From positions 4,544,001 through 4,608,000 of the forward strand of contig CH464491.1 of assembly GCA_000002445.1 (NCBI GenBank): a stretch of DNA of 64,000 nucleotides, in the 5' to 3' direction. The DNA is from Trypanosoma brucei (taxonomy: Eukaryota). Every line of letters begins with the position of its first letter. Positions within the stretch are counted from its first letter, which is position 1. A program made the translations under genes and the position numbers. The notes beneath the pieces were generated by a model. The model ran no database searches. It saw nothing but the letters and a program-made list of their open reading frames with translations, and was not told the DNA's origin. Shown here piece by piece: positions 12,795 to 25,822 of the stretch.

Positions 12795-12890
12795 CAGCAC
12801 AACTCGTGTTATAATATTCGTATATACACACACTCACAACACTCTCCTATCATTATTATTATGATTATTATAATCAGAACTAATATCCAT
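12795..12890 (-). repeat. 70-bp-type repeat, minus orientation
   Basis: The plus strand reads ...ataatattcgtatatacacacactcacaacactctcctatcattattattatgattattat, the reverse complement of the consensus. Confidence 0.8.
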
Positions 12891-12982
12891 AAAATAAACA
12901 AATTTAGAGTAGCATTTTTTAAATACTACATCTCTTTACAATTTCAAACTCACAGGTCACTATGATCACAAATTTAGTGTTT

Positions 12983-14582
12983 TTAAAATTTTTTTATTTT
13001 TATATTTACACATATAAATCGAAAAGTATATAAATAAATCAAACTCTCACAAAATAGCTTATTTAATAAAATTGGGCAATAATCCTTTTTAAATTTTAAT
13101 TCTAGAAGCAAAAATGCAAGCAAAAGAAGAGGCTTATGAAGGACAAAAGAATTGTTTCCTGTGGTGTTTGTGGGTTTTCCATCTGTTCCTGTTGCTGTGG
13201 TTACTTTAGCTACACACTTTCCCCCCTTGAATACGCAGCCATCTTCATCTTTGCACTCCCCCTGTGGTTTATCCTTGCATTTTTCTTCTTCTTTTTTGGA
13301 ATCAGTTGCTTCACCGACTGCTGTATTCTTTGCTCCTTCAAGTTCCTTTTTATTTTTTTGCCCTCTCAAGTAGCTTAGAGTCGCTACCATGCTGAAGGGT
13401 GTAGTCAAGTCACTTATCTTCTTATGCTCGGTGGTTTTCTCGCTCCTTGACATAATGTTTTCTGTTTCAAGTTTAGTGATGAAATTTTTGACAAAGTCAT
13501 TGTTAGTGCTGCCATAAGCTCTTTTAATGTATTCTGTTAAGGGCTTGGATTGTTCTGTGTCGTCGAGGTCAGTTTTTTTTTTGAAATTCCGGTACACAGT
13601 TGCGCAGAAACGTTTGGATTGTCTTCCTGTTGCTGAGAGTCTCACCTGTTGCTGTCCGGAGCGTTTTCCCCTCCCCTGCTTTTGCTTTTATCGCCTCACA
13701 GATGGCCTTGGCTAGTTTTTGCGCTGGGCTCATAGCTTCCGCTGATAGACCGCTGACTTCGCCGCAGTTCGTTGTCCTGCTCTCCTCTTTGAATACAGGT
13801 ACTGAACTTTGAGCGTTTCCTGTGGTCGCGGCTGCTGTTGTGAATTCGTATTCTGCAGAGCCGCCGAGGTTGCAGCTCCCTAGCGCTTCTTTGATGCCGG
13901 TTTTGCCGGTGGAGTCGCTCGGACAGTTGCTGCTTGCTGAGCGTATGGATATCGCTGTTTCCTTCAGGCTTTTTACTACATCAGTTGCGGCTGTTAGTTT
14001 TAAGTTTAGTATGTTTTGCTCATTTAAAGGGTCGTCTGCAAAAGGATTGCCTTCTCCTGCCTTTGTCAGGCTGCAGCCGGCATTATTGCCTCTGGCTATT
14101 TTGAGTGACAGCTTGGCTGTGTTTGCGCTGCTGTCTGCATTCACTGGTGTTGTAGAATCTACGATTTTGTAGCTGCTTGCCTCTACCGCCATCTCCAGCA
14201 TACCAAGATGCTTGGCTATCGCCAGCTGTGCCTCTTTTGCCTTTGCCTGTGCTGCCGCTTGTCTGCTGTTCAGTTCGGCCAGTTGCTCTCCGGCCTCGGC
14301 TGCTAGTGCCAGTAGCAGGCACTGTTTGTCAGCTGTCGGTGCCGCTTCACCGTGCAAAGTCCACATATGTTTTAAGTGTTTCAGGTCGGTTAGTGCGGGC
14401 GTCGCAGTGCTCGCCGATTGCCACAGCTTGATGCTTAGCTGTGTTAGGTATTCGTGTTCTTTGCAGTTGTCTGAAATTTTGTTTTCTTCCTTTGTGTGAT
14501 CAGGCCCCGCTTGGACTGCCTGCAATTGCAGGACCGTTGACACTACTACCAACCGAATGCTTGTCTTGATCGCTGCCGCCAT
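12983..14582 (-). pseudogene. VSG: VSG that is nearly intact. It has one frameshift in an A10 run at about 13600 and a possibly extended C-terminus.
   Basis: ORF 13569..14582 gives the N-domain with signal peptide MAAAIKTSIRLVVVSTVLQLQAVQA. ORF 12983..13645 gives the C-domain ...EKCKDKPQGECKDEDGCVFKGGKCVAKVTTATGTDGKPTNTTGNNSFVLHKPLLLLAFLLL, followed by a roughly 30-aa readthrough tail. Confidence 0.8.
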
Positions 14583-15379
14583 TGTTTTTAGGTGTAAGCA
14601 AGGCTTGTCGGTCTGATGGCTTTCCGGTCGTTACTGGGCAGATCTCTGTGGGTTTCTGACGCCAGCCTACGCTTCGACGGAATAAAATTATTTACGTGGC
14701 TTTCTCTCCCCTAAAAGGATTCAGAACTGGTTGAGAGGGAAACTAGTGGTTTTATCTTTGGACTGAGAAATCTAATTTTCTTCTTCTACAACTCATTCTC
14801 GCTCCTAACATATCAACAGCACTCGTCATCCTTTGTATTCTTTCACTAAGCCAAATACCTTATTTGCATTAAAAGATATATCCCCATGAACTTTATGCCT
14901 AACATCAGGAGTATCCATTGGGTTAAAAAACACGGTCGCCACCACTATTTCTGCGGTACGATCTGCATAGTTTTGTTAGGAATGTAGGAAAACATTTTCC
15001 TGTATCATTGCATTCTGTGACACCATACATCATATCACCTTTTTTAGTAAATATTTTCTTTTCCTATTTTTCCTCTTCTGTTATTTTTTCCGACGCTACT
15101 GATAACACAACGAATGAATTTCGCTTATACACCAGACTCTGTCTGTCCTTCTCTATTGCCTCCCTTATAATCTTACGTATTACAATGCATATCGTCACTT
15201 TTATGTTCAAAACTGTGCGTAATCGACATCCTTCTCTCTCTTTGTGTCTCCTTAAATAATACACTTCTTGCTCTTGCTCTTTCTCTCTCTCCCTCTATCA
15301 CTTAGAAAAATAGTATCATCACCATTACTACGAAGAATTTTACATTAGCAAATCGGTTGGTCTCCATTTAATTTTATAA

Positions 15380-15470
15380 AATAATATTCGTATATACACA
15401 CACTTACAAAACTCTCCTATCATTATCATTATAACTATCATTATTATCATGGCTGTTATCCTAACTAATA
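15380..15470 (-). repeat. 70-bp-type repeat, minus orientation
   Basis: ataatattcgtatatacacacacttacaaaactctcctatcattatcattataactatcattattatc. Confidence 0.8.
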
Positions 15471-15612
15471 TCTATAAAATAAGCAAAGTAAAAAATTAGG
15501 ATATTTTTATAATGACACTCAATTTTTATATAGCCCTACTATTTTACACCCAAAAGTCAAGGTCATGCACATTATACTAAAATTACACCAATTTGCACAT
15601 TTTCATTAAAAA

Positions 15613-15628
15613 GTGTTAAAATATATTA
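15613..15628 (-). promoter_or_regulatory. VSG 3'UTR 16-mer-like element
   Basis: The plus strand reads gtgttaaaatatatta, the reverse complement of TAATATATTTTAACAC. Confidence 0.5.
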
Positions 15629-15713
15629 AATTTCAGAAATTTTATCAAACTATCTCAAAATAGAAAAATTTATGAACCTTACACTTATGAGTAAATTTAT
15701 TTTAGAATCATAA

Positions 15714-17163
15714 TTATCGAAACAAAAATTCAAGCAAAAGAGGAGCCTTATTAATCACAATAGAATTTCTCTCTGTTGTGTTTGTAGTTTTGCCATCATT
15801 TTTAACTTTCATGTTATCTTTTTCTACCCATTTATCCCCTTTTAACTCGCAGTTGTCGCTGTTGAAATCATTCTTTTCCATGTTCGCATTATTTTTTGTC
15901 GTTACTTTCGGGAATATTTTGGACATTTGTGGACTTCTGTTTGTCAACCTGATGTCCAAAGGTTATCGAGAGGCCCCCTCTTACATCCGCCACTGTGCTG
16001 AGTAAAGCCTCGGTTAGCTCTTTTTTGTCCCCTGACATTTCGTAACTCAACTTGCTTTGCTACAGTGGTTGTATTAAAGATGCTTGTGGGTTAGTCCTTT
16101 ATTTTCCAAGAGGCGTCCTAACTGCGGCTTTAAGAGAATTTTCATCAACTCCGGCTTTCATATCAAGGTGTACTATTAACTGCGCGTATGTTTGTGCTAT
16201 GGTATCGTTTATTAGCTCCTCTGTGCTTAGTTGTGTGTGCCTCCATTCCTGTATGAGCTCAACTTTCCTGGCCTCGCACACCGCGTGTCCGATGCTCTTT
16301 GCGGTTATGATGAGGTGTGGGTTTGCTGTTTTGTCGACGCATTTTCCTCCCACGTTGTCATTCTGCGTTATCGGTGTTTTTGTGGGTGCTGTTATTGGTG
16401 GTATTACCGGGGGCATTGGGACTCTGAAGCCGTTTGTTGCGCCGCTGAACTCTTCTGCGTTGTTTATACGAGCGCCTTTGCCAATGACTGCACCGTCGTT
16501 GTTACCCGAATTACCTGCAACGTGCACTGCCACTGGTATCGGGTTGTTTGTGAATGCAGCCGTTGCTGTCGTCTTCAGCTTTGTTAGTTTGTCGACTTCT
16601 TCGCCTGCCTTTCCTAGGTTAGTGTTTGTGATCGCCGCTTTGTCGCATTTGACAGCGTCGTCAGTAGTGAGTTTTAGAGTGACTGCGCAAGTCTTGTCTG
16701 CTGATGTTGAAATGCAGTCTGGGTCCGCATCGGTATTGAAGGCTGCATTGCCTACTGCTAGACTTTTTACTCTAGGTTGCTTTACTGCTGTGAGCAGTTC
16801 TGCTCTCTTTTTGAGCACGTATATAGCACGCTGAAGGTTTTTCGTCTTTCCATGCATCTGAGCCCTTTGCTTTAAGCGAACATCAGCTGTGACTGCAGCC
16901 AGCAGTGCATAGCCTCCGGCTTTGGGTATCCATAAGTTTTGCTCGTAAGCTGCTGTTAGCATGGTCAAATCCTCGTTAAGGTCGGATAGCCTCTTCCTCG
17001 TGTCTTTTAGCTGACTGTCAAAATAAGATGCTATGCTTCCGTTGTAGACTACTTCATCGCACAGAGTTGTTATCACCGTTGTTGACTCCTTCTGTTCGGC
17101 GTTTATTCTCGACTGCGTTGTGACTGATATTACGAATGCTAGCGCCAGAGGTCTTGGTAGCAT
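15714..17163 (-). pseudogene. VSG: VSG pseudogene with an intact N-domain and a short, disrupted C-terminus
   Basis: ORF 16099..17163 (354 aa) begins MLPRPLALAFVISVTTQS, a signal peptide followed by the N-domain. ORF 15714..15959 ends ...NDGKTTNTTERNSIVINKAPLLLEFLFR, a GPI signal. An approximately 140-nt gap and frame change lie between them. Confidence 0.8.
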
Positions 17164-18869
17164 TTTCAGCTTTGATGTACCTTTTGCACGTCCTTGTAAA
17201 TCGCTTCAGTTAGATCTTCCTTAGCCTGAGCTGCTTGCTATGTTCTAGCAAGAAACAGCTTGCAGTTTCAACAAAGGTGGAGGACACTTGAAAGCTCTTT
17301 TACGATAATAACAAGCTTGTCGACTTCGGGAATTTTTACCTTAGTGAAGCGGCTCACATCGGCTTTTGTTACGTACTTTACCCCTTAGCTGTCCATAGTT
17401 ACAATTTTCGCCGTTTACCCTTCTTTGTGACTATGATTTCTCCACAGTTTCTTCCTTGTGGGTTGCTTGTGTTCGGCGGTTATTTTTCTTGAATTCTCCG
17501 TTACTGCTTGTCAGCTGTATGGAGGTGACGTTCCTTTGTTTTACGCTGTTATTTGCGAAATTACCCTCGATCCCTTTTCACCCCTTGATCCCTTTTTACA
17601 TTCTTCTAGTTCAAATAATCCACAGCAACTCAATTAATTGCTTTGGTGTGCACTTAGTCCTTAACATTAGGAGCAGGAGGAAGGTTCAAAAGCCAGTTGT
17701 GCGAGTTGGTATTGGCTCTCATCTACTCATTCTTGTGTAAAATATAGGTTTTAAAGTTTCTCTGCCGTTTGGTAATGCTGAATTCGCAATGGTCTATCAG
17801 TTAGAGCGCTTGGCCACGAAGATATTTTAGGTTCGTCTGTGTGGTTTGGTCTTCTTACGTGTAGACATTTTGCTTGTTGGGGTGGAGATGCCCCTAATAT
17901 TTGACTATAAATGCCTCTGATTTAGAACTTTAATATCGTCTTTTCTTCCTTTTGTGTCTCTTATCCCTATGCCTCTCTTCTTTTTATCGCTTTCTTTTAA
18001 ACTTGAAAACGCAGAAATCTGTAACGGTAATTGAAATCTCATGAAACGTGGCTGCATTTTTCTAGTTTATGTTTTATAAGGTAAATTCAATTGCATCATT
18101 GTAATTTACGTTGTTTATAATCTGCTAAATCTTCCATTTAAAGTGCATCGCCGCTCCTTTCATGCCTGACCCTTTAACACAACTAAATGTTTGTTTTTTT
18201 CTGTAAATTATATAATTCACCTTAATGTATTAGTCATTAAGGTTCATTGTTTAGACTCTGTCTTTTGATGCAATAAAAAGTTTACTAGCGCTTTACGTGT
18301 TTGTTTTGTTACGTTATTCTTCTTCTCTGTGGAAATTCGTCTAATTTGAATGCTGCTTTCTGATTTTTCTGAAATGTTGGATACAATCCTTAGTTGATTG
18401 CATTAGGTTTTTGTCTTTCTCCGCTTCATTATAGAGATAAACGTAATTTCAGGAAATTTTTAAGGGTAATATCAGCCACATTCTTTCTGTTTGGTTATTG
18501 TATAACTATCATAGTACTTTCAGTGTAAAAAATGCATTATTCAAAGAGATATTGTGCCCATATAAACAATATTTCCCTTGGTATCTTTACACACGTAGTC
18601 TCACGTTTCTATAGTTAAATCGACTGCATTTGGAATATACAATGCACTCTCTTTCTCACATCGTCCGCTCCCCAACCTTTTTTGTGTATGATTGTGTTAA
18701 TCGTTATGTTTGTGCATTAAGCTACACAAATTCCATTTCCTTCGCTTCCTCACTGCTTTTCTGCATTTTCTTAAACTATATTCATCGCACACCGCCTTTC
18801 ACTTATCTAATCCTGTTGCATTTCCGCTGTTTTTAATGGGTCTATTTTGGTCTTCCGTTTAATATATAC

Positions 18870-18965
18870 CACAGTTATTATAATAATAGTATACTTACAC
18901 ATTTACAACATTCTCCTATTATTATTATTGTTATTATCATTATTCTAATTATTATTATTATAGCC
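18870..18965 (-). repeat. 70-bp-type repeat, minus orientation
   Basis: atacttacacatttacaacattctcctattattattattgttattatcattattctaattattattattat. Confidence 0.75.
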
Positions 18966-19204
18966 ACTTCTACCCATAAAACAAACTAATTAAACCCAAC
19001 TATATTATCAACAATTTTCACGCCTTGTTTTCATAATAATTTACGTTCACAGGCTACTATTATACTTGTTTACTAAAAATTTCAAGATTTTTACTAGTTT
19101 GTATATTTCCATAGAAAAGTATTAAAATATATTAAATTTTAGAAAGTTACATAAGTTCATAAAACTAAGCAAAACTCCTTCATAATTTCAAAAAATCAAA
19201 ATGC

Positions 19205-20715
19205 TTAGAATGCTACCGAACTCATAAAATCAGCAGCCATACTCAGACCAAATTTCTTCTTGACTAGAAAACTGGAAGAGAGGCATTCTGGTGGGTCAAG
19301 TTTACCTTTGCCGTCAACATAATCTATCCATCCACATACTGCTTTTTCACCCGGTTTTACATCCTTGTTTTCCGCTTCACATGCTTGCTTAGTTTGGTGT
19401 TTACTGCAATCTACCCCGTTACTTGTCTCTCCTGTTGCTGCTGCTGTGTTTTCTGTTCCTTGTTTAGGTTTGCATTCCTTTTTTAGCTGTCGTAGTCGCA
19501 GTGATCTTTTGGGCATTGTGCAGAAGTTTGGTTTTTCGTTACGCACTGCTCCTGTTTGCCTAAACCATTGTAATTACCGTGTTCCCCTTTTGGTGCATTG
19601 AGCTCAGCACTGACAGCTTGTTTGTAAATCGCCCATGTAGTCGTTTGGAGGGTCTGAAGTTGTATTTTTTATGCATGTTCCCGTGCCTGGGCTGCTGCAC
19701 TGTTGCGTAGTTTGTTCGCAGCATCGACTAGTCTGTTTACCCATGGTATGCCGCCGCCGGTGGTTTCCAGCTGCATTTTGTAATTTATGCACATACCTTG
19801 TCCAGAGCTAGTGTCGCAGCCGCCGTCAGTGTGCGGGCGGCCAAATGTTGATGTTGCTGTCCCCGATGCGCTCGCCTTGGCCGCTTGGTTACATAGCAGA
19901 GCTTCGAACGCCGCTACCTTGGTGTCCAATATGCTGGCCGTGATTAGCTTCCTTTTTTTGTCCGTTTTGCAGGCTGTGATTAAAGCGTCGTACGCTGTTT
20001 TTGCACCTGTACGCCTTGACCCCGAGGCAACGCTGGTCGGCGTTAACCCGGCTCGGCATGTGCCGTCACTGTCTTGTGCATCCTGTGGTACGCACAAGCA
20101 AAGTAAGTCTAATGCTACATACTTGCCGACGTCGGCATGACCGGCTGTTGTCCCGCAGTTGTTTCCGACGGTGGTGGCATCTAGCCCGTTGGCGTCGAAT
20201 TCAGTCTCGTCTTTACCGAAAAGAGCGTTTTTAATTAAGGTTTTTGCCTCTGCTGTTGTTTCTTCCGCTTCTTTGTTTGTGGTTCTGTATTCTTGTGCTA
20301 GTTCAGTCGCTTTCGTGAGCAATGTTTTGATGTTTTCATTGGCTGGCGTTCGGACGTTTTTGTTCTTAAGTCTTTGATACTTGACGGTTGGCGGCGTGCC
20401 CTCTGGTTTGTCCAGCTTTGCTAATGTTGCCTTCGACGCCGCGATTTCGGCTTTCTTTTCACCCGCTTTTGCTTCCGTCAGCTCGCCGTCTTTGTGTTGT
20501 ATGTAGCTGTCCGTGGCTGTTGATATGTTTAGCATTGTTATTTCCGCTACCACTGCGTCCGCCGTTGAATTTTCTGTCGTGACAGCTATTGACGAAACAG
20601 AGTCCTTCAGAGCCAGTATGTCGCACAAAACCCTGAATTCTGCGCCGTTGTCATTTTTTGCACTGTAAATTGTGCCACACAGACCTATCAGTGCCAATAT
20701 GAATTTGTAGATCAT
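19205..20715 (-). pseudogene. VSG: VSG pseudogene with a frameshift between the N- and C-domains
   Basis: ORF 19669..20715 (348 aa, signal peptide MIYKFILALIGLCGTIYSA) stops at 19669. ORF 19205..19546 ends ...CGWIDYVDGKGKLDPPECLSSSFLVKKKFGLSMAADFMSSVAF*. Confidence 0.85.
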
Positions 20716-21099
20716 CAGGTGCTATTACTTCTTTTGTATTCCTTAATTTGTTAAGCATTGAAAGGTATGGAGTTCTGACTGTTTCCTGATTCTGCCTATT
20801 TTTTCAAAAGTTCTGAATTTATTTGACCTCTCTGATGATTGATAACATTATTTATAGTGCTTATAGCTGATGATTTTAAACGATATATGTATTGGTTCTT
20901 CTACTGTCAACAGCTGTCTGGCGGCACTGAGACGGTGGTTCCTTTGTTTGCAGCTGCCACACTTTTTTGATTTAAATAATTCCCCCTTATTAAACGGTTT
21001 ACCACGTACTTCCAGATCCTCAAAATCTTATTCCTTCCGCCTATAGAATATATTTTAATTTTTACAAAATCACTGGTTATAAATTTCTATTTTAAAAGT

Positions 21100-21950
21100 T
21101 CTTTATACCAAGTAAAATTTCTTACAATCAATTCCACCCCTTCTTGTCATGCAATATGCTGCCCAGGAAAATGAATGAATGGCGCCTTTTCGACTTCTCC
21201 ACTATGTGGAATAGAAAAAAATCTCTCCTCGTAATCTAGCTCAATCATTCCTCTCTTCAAAACAAATCTCTGTCCAACAGCTTCTTCTGTAATCGCACTC
21301 CATATTAGCAATGGTTTGTAAATACTCTGCTCTGACCACCATTCCCCACTCCCCTTTAGTAACTCTCCAAATGCATATTCAAACCTTCTAAATGCCCAAA
21401 TTCTGGCTATCAAACCGACACCACTAAGATAAGGCTTTCCACTTGGAGGCGATATTGGTAAGTGGTGTAACTTTTTATCTTTTTTTTCTGCGTCAAACAT
21501 TGACAAACCAGTAGCATCTCTCCACATGATCTTTTACTATATACTCCTCGCTAAATTTTTCCTCATTAGCTGCACTATTCTGTATAAAATATTACACACC
21601 AGTATTATACTTCTGTTCATCAGTAACAATAACATTAGACCCATCTACAGTTATTAAAATATCCTCATCACTTGCATTCTGACTTTCTAAAAATTCCATA
21701 ACTCATCTAGGCATTTTAACATGGCTATACAAACCCCCCATTGTAATTGTAATAATTTCAACATGGCTTAGTTTAGCATTCAATATGGTCTTACACCATT
21801 GTTGAGTTGCATGAGTTTGAACTGCAACCAGAAACAATTTAGTCTTCTTAGCATCACTCTCTGTTAAAATTCCCGTTGTATCTCCTCAAAGTGATATTAG
21901 GCATGAAAACAATGGGTATAACAGTAGCTGTTATAGAAAAGTTGTGGAGA
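21100..21950 (-). pseudogene. ORF X copy A. An unidentified degenerate ORF lying upstream of a VSG, homologous to 28700-29480.
   Basis: ORF 21147..21527 reads ...KPYLSGVGLIARIWAFRRFEYAFGELLKGSGEWWSEQSIYKPLLIWSAITEEAVGQRFVLKRGMIELDYEE.... Upstream frames give MEFLESQNASDEDILITVDGSNVIVTDEQ... and ...KLFLVAVQTHATQQWCKTILNAKLSH... with stops and frameshifts. Confidence 0.6.
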
Positions 21951-22804
21951 TAAAAAATTTCATTTACTAATATATGTTTAAAATTTGAAAGGGTTATAAT
22001 TAAAATTACTAACTTTAATAAAATTAATCAGTTATATCACTGGGGTTGTGGCAAAAAAAAGATATTTATATATAAGTAATTCCTTCTTATTGTTATGATA
22101 TCTCTGTTTAGTGGTTTATACTTAGTTTCTGCAGCTTATCTTTTAACGGGCATATTGTTCTATTGGTTTGTAAATTAGCTTTACCCATAGGAGCTTCCAT
22201 ATACTACGTGCATTACGCTGTTCGTTGCATTCATATTTCCCTTCCGTGCATTGTTTTAAGAGTTGCAGTAGTTAGGTGAACCGACTATTTCAAATATACT
22301 AATAGTCACAGGTTTCCTGTTATAACACCCCATCGACCATGTTTCACCATAAGACCCTGCCACCTCAGATTTATTAGCAACCGCTGCTGAAGTTAATACC
22401 ATTATCTATGCAGTAGCAGCTATCCACTTTTGGTAGCAGTGTATGGCACAAAATTCTGCTGTGTCATTTCTTCCTGAGTGTCACTTACACTGTCATTTAA
22501 CTCTATTTTTTATTTATCTCGTGTTTTGCACCTTCCTTTGCTGTTAATAGAGCATTGACTCTAATTGGATTCTACATTAAACTCTGTTTTTTCCTCATTG
22601 TCCATTCTATCATATCCTCGTGTTAGAAGTTGCGCATATGGCATACTCATTTCTTTCTCTATTTTTCATCGAATTTTCTTTAATAATATTCCTTTTCAAA
22701 TCTTGCACTCTTACACACCTAATCTGCCTCACTCACTCACTCCCATTACATTCTCATAATTGTTAAAATTTCTTTTATTTTGAGTGTCCATTTAGCCTTC
22801 ACAG

Positions 22805-22900
22805 ATATACTCATTATAACATTAATGTATACACACTCACAACACTCTTCTGTTGTTATTATTATTTCTATCACTCTTGTAGTCATGATATTCATAAAAT
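22805..22900 (-). repeat. 70-bp-type repeat, minus orientation
   Basis: cattataacattaatgtatacacactcacaacactcttctgttgttattattatttctatcactc. Confidence 0.75.
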
Positions 22901-23149
22901 GGTCAAAATTATCTATATTGGAATAGCGCTCTTTTATCAAACCCTTTCTCCATACTAATATACACCCATAGGCCACAATCATGCAAATGTCCTATATTCT
23001 CTGAATTTAAATTTTTCACCAGTTTTAAAAAGTTTTATAAAAGGAGTTAAAGCTTATCAAATTTTAGGAAATATATCAATCCTCTCAAAGTAGCAAGTTT
23101 CATAAATTTCATAAAATTTACCCAAGATATTTAAAATTCTACAAAAATT

Positions 23150-24560
23150 AGCCCAGAAAATACCTGAGGAGCAGAAACTCTCAAATTGCTAGAAAACGAC
23201 TTTTCATTTTTTTTTTCGGTTTCAGGTTTAGGAAATAATTTTGGGTCTTTTTTCTCATCAAAATCACAACATTTTTCATCTTTTCACGGTTTAGCTGTTG
23301 TATGCTTTTCGTATTCGTCTGCTGTTTTGGTCGAATCTGTTGTCTTGTTTGTTTTGGTGGGATAAAAAGGATTTGCTTGTGTTTTTTTGTTCCTGTTGCT
23401 CAATAAAGTGACGATCAGTGCAATATGTTGTTGCATCTGTAGTGTCTTATGGTGCTGTTATTGCTTTCATTTGTCTGTCACCATTTCAACAAACGGCGGC
23501 TTTGGGTGGTGTCAGTTCGTTAACCGATTTCCCTACTGTGTTTTAAGTTTTTCGGCACTTTCGCCAATTGGTGCCTTTAGTAAATTGTCCACTTTAGTTT
23601 TTGTCGCTCCGCTGTACTTGGTTTGTTCACCTTCTATTGTTTGAGACATCCGCTATTTAAGTCTGTTACTTGCTATTATGGTTGAAATTCTGCGCTGACG
23701 GTGAGTGTAGAAAGGTCTGACATCACCTTTTCTAGTGCCATGATGCTGGAGAGTTCTCTTTTTATTGTTGCTGGCGATGGTATGGCGCAGGTTTCGCTTG
23801 ACGTTGAGTAGTCGGAGCTGCCGTCGGTGGATTTGCGGCTGAGTTTCAAATTTTTTGGTTCGAAGACGCTGCCGTCTACCATAGCTACCTTGGTGGTTTG
23901 TGCTGAGACGCACGCGTGGGTTCGTGATCTTTTGCCTGTGCAGGTGGTACAGCCGCAGACAGTTAGTGGGCTGGTTGTTGCGTCTTTTGCGACAATCGAG
24001 GGTTTGAATGCTATTACAGTTATGGATCTTGTGCCTGCCGGTGATGCATTTGTTTTGGATGCTTCTTGTTACCTGTTTGACTCGCCTTTCATGCAGAAGC
24101 CGTGTTTCGTCGGTGTTACTGCTGGTTTTATCTTGGAGTAGTTTTTGTATTGGTACGCGCTTGATGTTTTAAGGTACTCTGAGTCTTGGATAGCCGCGGT
24201 GGATAGGTCGTGAATTGCTTCTATTTTACCGAAAATTCTGTAAGCGGCCGCTGCCGCTTCGAATATAGTTTGCCTGTGTTAGTTTATTTTTTCCAACAGT
24301 TTACTTGAGTCTGCTGAGATTGCCGGAGCCAGCAGGCATGTTGTTGCCGATCGCGCGCCGTTTTTTTCAGCTTCCAATAGCTGCAGCTTTGCAATTTTGT
24401 CAGTTTCTTGTTGCGCCTGCTTTGATGCTGTTGTTATCATCTGCAGTGCGTTGGCTGCAAGTTCTCTTAGATAATCTGCTGTGTGTCATGGTGCCATAAC
24501 GGTCGGTTTGTTCTGGTGCAGTGCCGAAGATCGCTTTACATTTGTAACGACCAATGTCAC
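23150..24560 (-). pseudogene. VSG: Decayed VSG pseudogene (N-domain remnants, degenerate C-terminus)
   Basis: The minus-strand translation contains ...HTADYLRELAANALQMITTASKQAQQETDKIAKLQLLEAEKNG..., a VSG N-domain helical region, and ...CGCTTCTGKRSRTHACVSAQTTKVAMVDGSVFEPKNLKLSRKSTDGSSDYSTSSETCAIPSPATIKRELSSIMALEK.... Several stops are present. Confidence 0.65.
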
Positions 24561-25509
24561 TAATAAAAGAGATACAGGTGCCTTAGCATACGATAAAGTT
24601 GCATCTATGCATCCAAAAGAGCTATCTCGTATTTCTGTGATATGTGCTTCCTTCCCGAATGGCATGCTGCGCGTTAGTTTCCTTTTCTTAGTGCTTTTGG
24701 CCGGATATTGTGTCTGAAAGGGGTGAAATGATCACTGCTTCTCTAGAAAGCAGTTATAAGTAAAATAGTATGCCACGTAAAAAACAATATCGGCTTTAAG
24801 ATATTATCTATAGCATTCTACACATATACATATCTGTACGTTCTATTATTTATTGTCGTTGTTTTCTTCTATTGCAGGATGACTGTCTTGTCTGAATGAA
24901 TCTTTGATGACGATATAACACTGTCGGTTCGCACTGCTATCCTGGTTTATTGCCGAAAATTCCCTCTTTTCTTGAAACTGTGGCACTGACTGTGAACTTT
25001 TTCTTTGAAGTTTCTTGATGAGATCCATCAATGGTTTGTCTTTGTATATACTCTTACGAATGAACCGTCACCTGAATTTGTGTGAAAGTTTGCCTCTTAG
25101 ACATTATGGGGGGAAGGAGTATTATTATAAAATTTCTGTACTTAATAAAACTCTTCTTCATGCTTTCATCACAGGTCTCTTATTCTCTTTTTATAATTCT
25201 CCGTTTCTTTTCTTTTGACGTCAGTAACTTCTCCTTTTTATACCACTGTGTACAACATGGCTGCTACATTTCCTATGTAACTGCGCCGCGTCTTTTTGAT
25301 ATTCTTTGTTTACATATTCTTTCCCACGAAACTACATTGGTCATTTCTGCGTTTACTGTTGCGTATATTCCATCTTCATCATCCTCTATTTTTCTACATT
25401 TCCTTTTATAAGAATATTCTTGTACCCACTGTGTCACTAACTTACTTCCATTCCACACCTAACTTTGTTTTAGAACCTTCAAATTCGGTTGTAAATTTAT
25501 TCTCCACCA

Positions 25510-25610
25510 CCGCTTTTATTATAATATTACTATTTTTACACCACAACGGAACTCTCCACTATCACTATCATTACTATTAGTGTTATTATGTTAACCCTAA
25601 CTATTTTTTA
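25510..25610 (-). repeat. Degenerate 70-bp-type repeat, minus orientation
   Basis: tacaccacaacggaactctccactatcactatcattactattagtgttattatg. Confidence 0.6.
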
Positions 25611-25740
25611 CAAAACAAACAAAAGCAGAAAAGCACTAATTATTCATACCCTCTCAACCTAATGTTTTACATATATAAACCGTTATTATAAAAAACTTAA
25701 TACTTTAGAATTTTTCACATTTCGCATAGGTTTTACAAGA

Positions 25741-25756
25741 GTGTTAAAATATATCG
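25741..25756 (-). promoter_or_regulatory. VSG 3'UTR 16-mer
   Basis: The plus strand reads gtgttaaaatatatcg, the reverse complement of CGATATATTTTAACAC. It lies about 70 nt downstream of the stop of the intact VSG. Confidence 0.6.
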
Positions 25757-25822
25757 AATATTTTAGATTTGTTAAATTCTCTATAAAAATTCACAAAATT
25801 AAGAAAAATTCTTCAATTTTTA

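Noticed and set aside
16052-16834. 260-aa ORF on the plus strand
   Set aside because: It lies antisense within the N-domain of minus-strand VSG 15714-17163. Its composition is Cys/Val/Phe-rich and of low complexity, typical of the reverse frame of a VSG. It is not an independent gene.
25590-25600. taaccctaa telomeric hexamer on the complementary strand
   Set aside because: It is a single copy inside a degenerate 70-bp repeat and is not a telomere tract.
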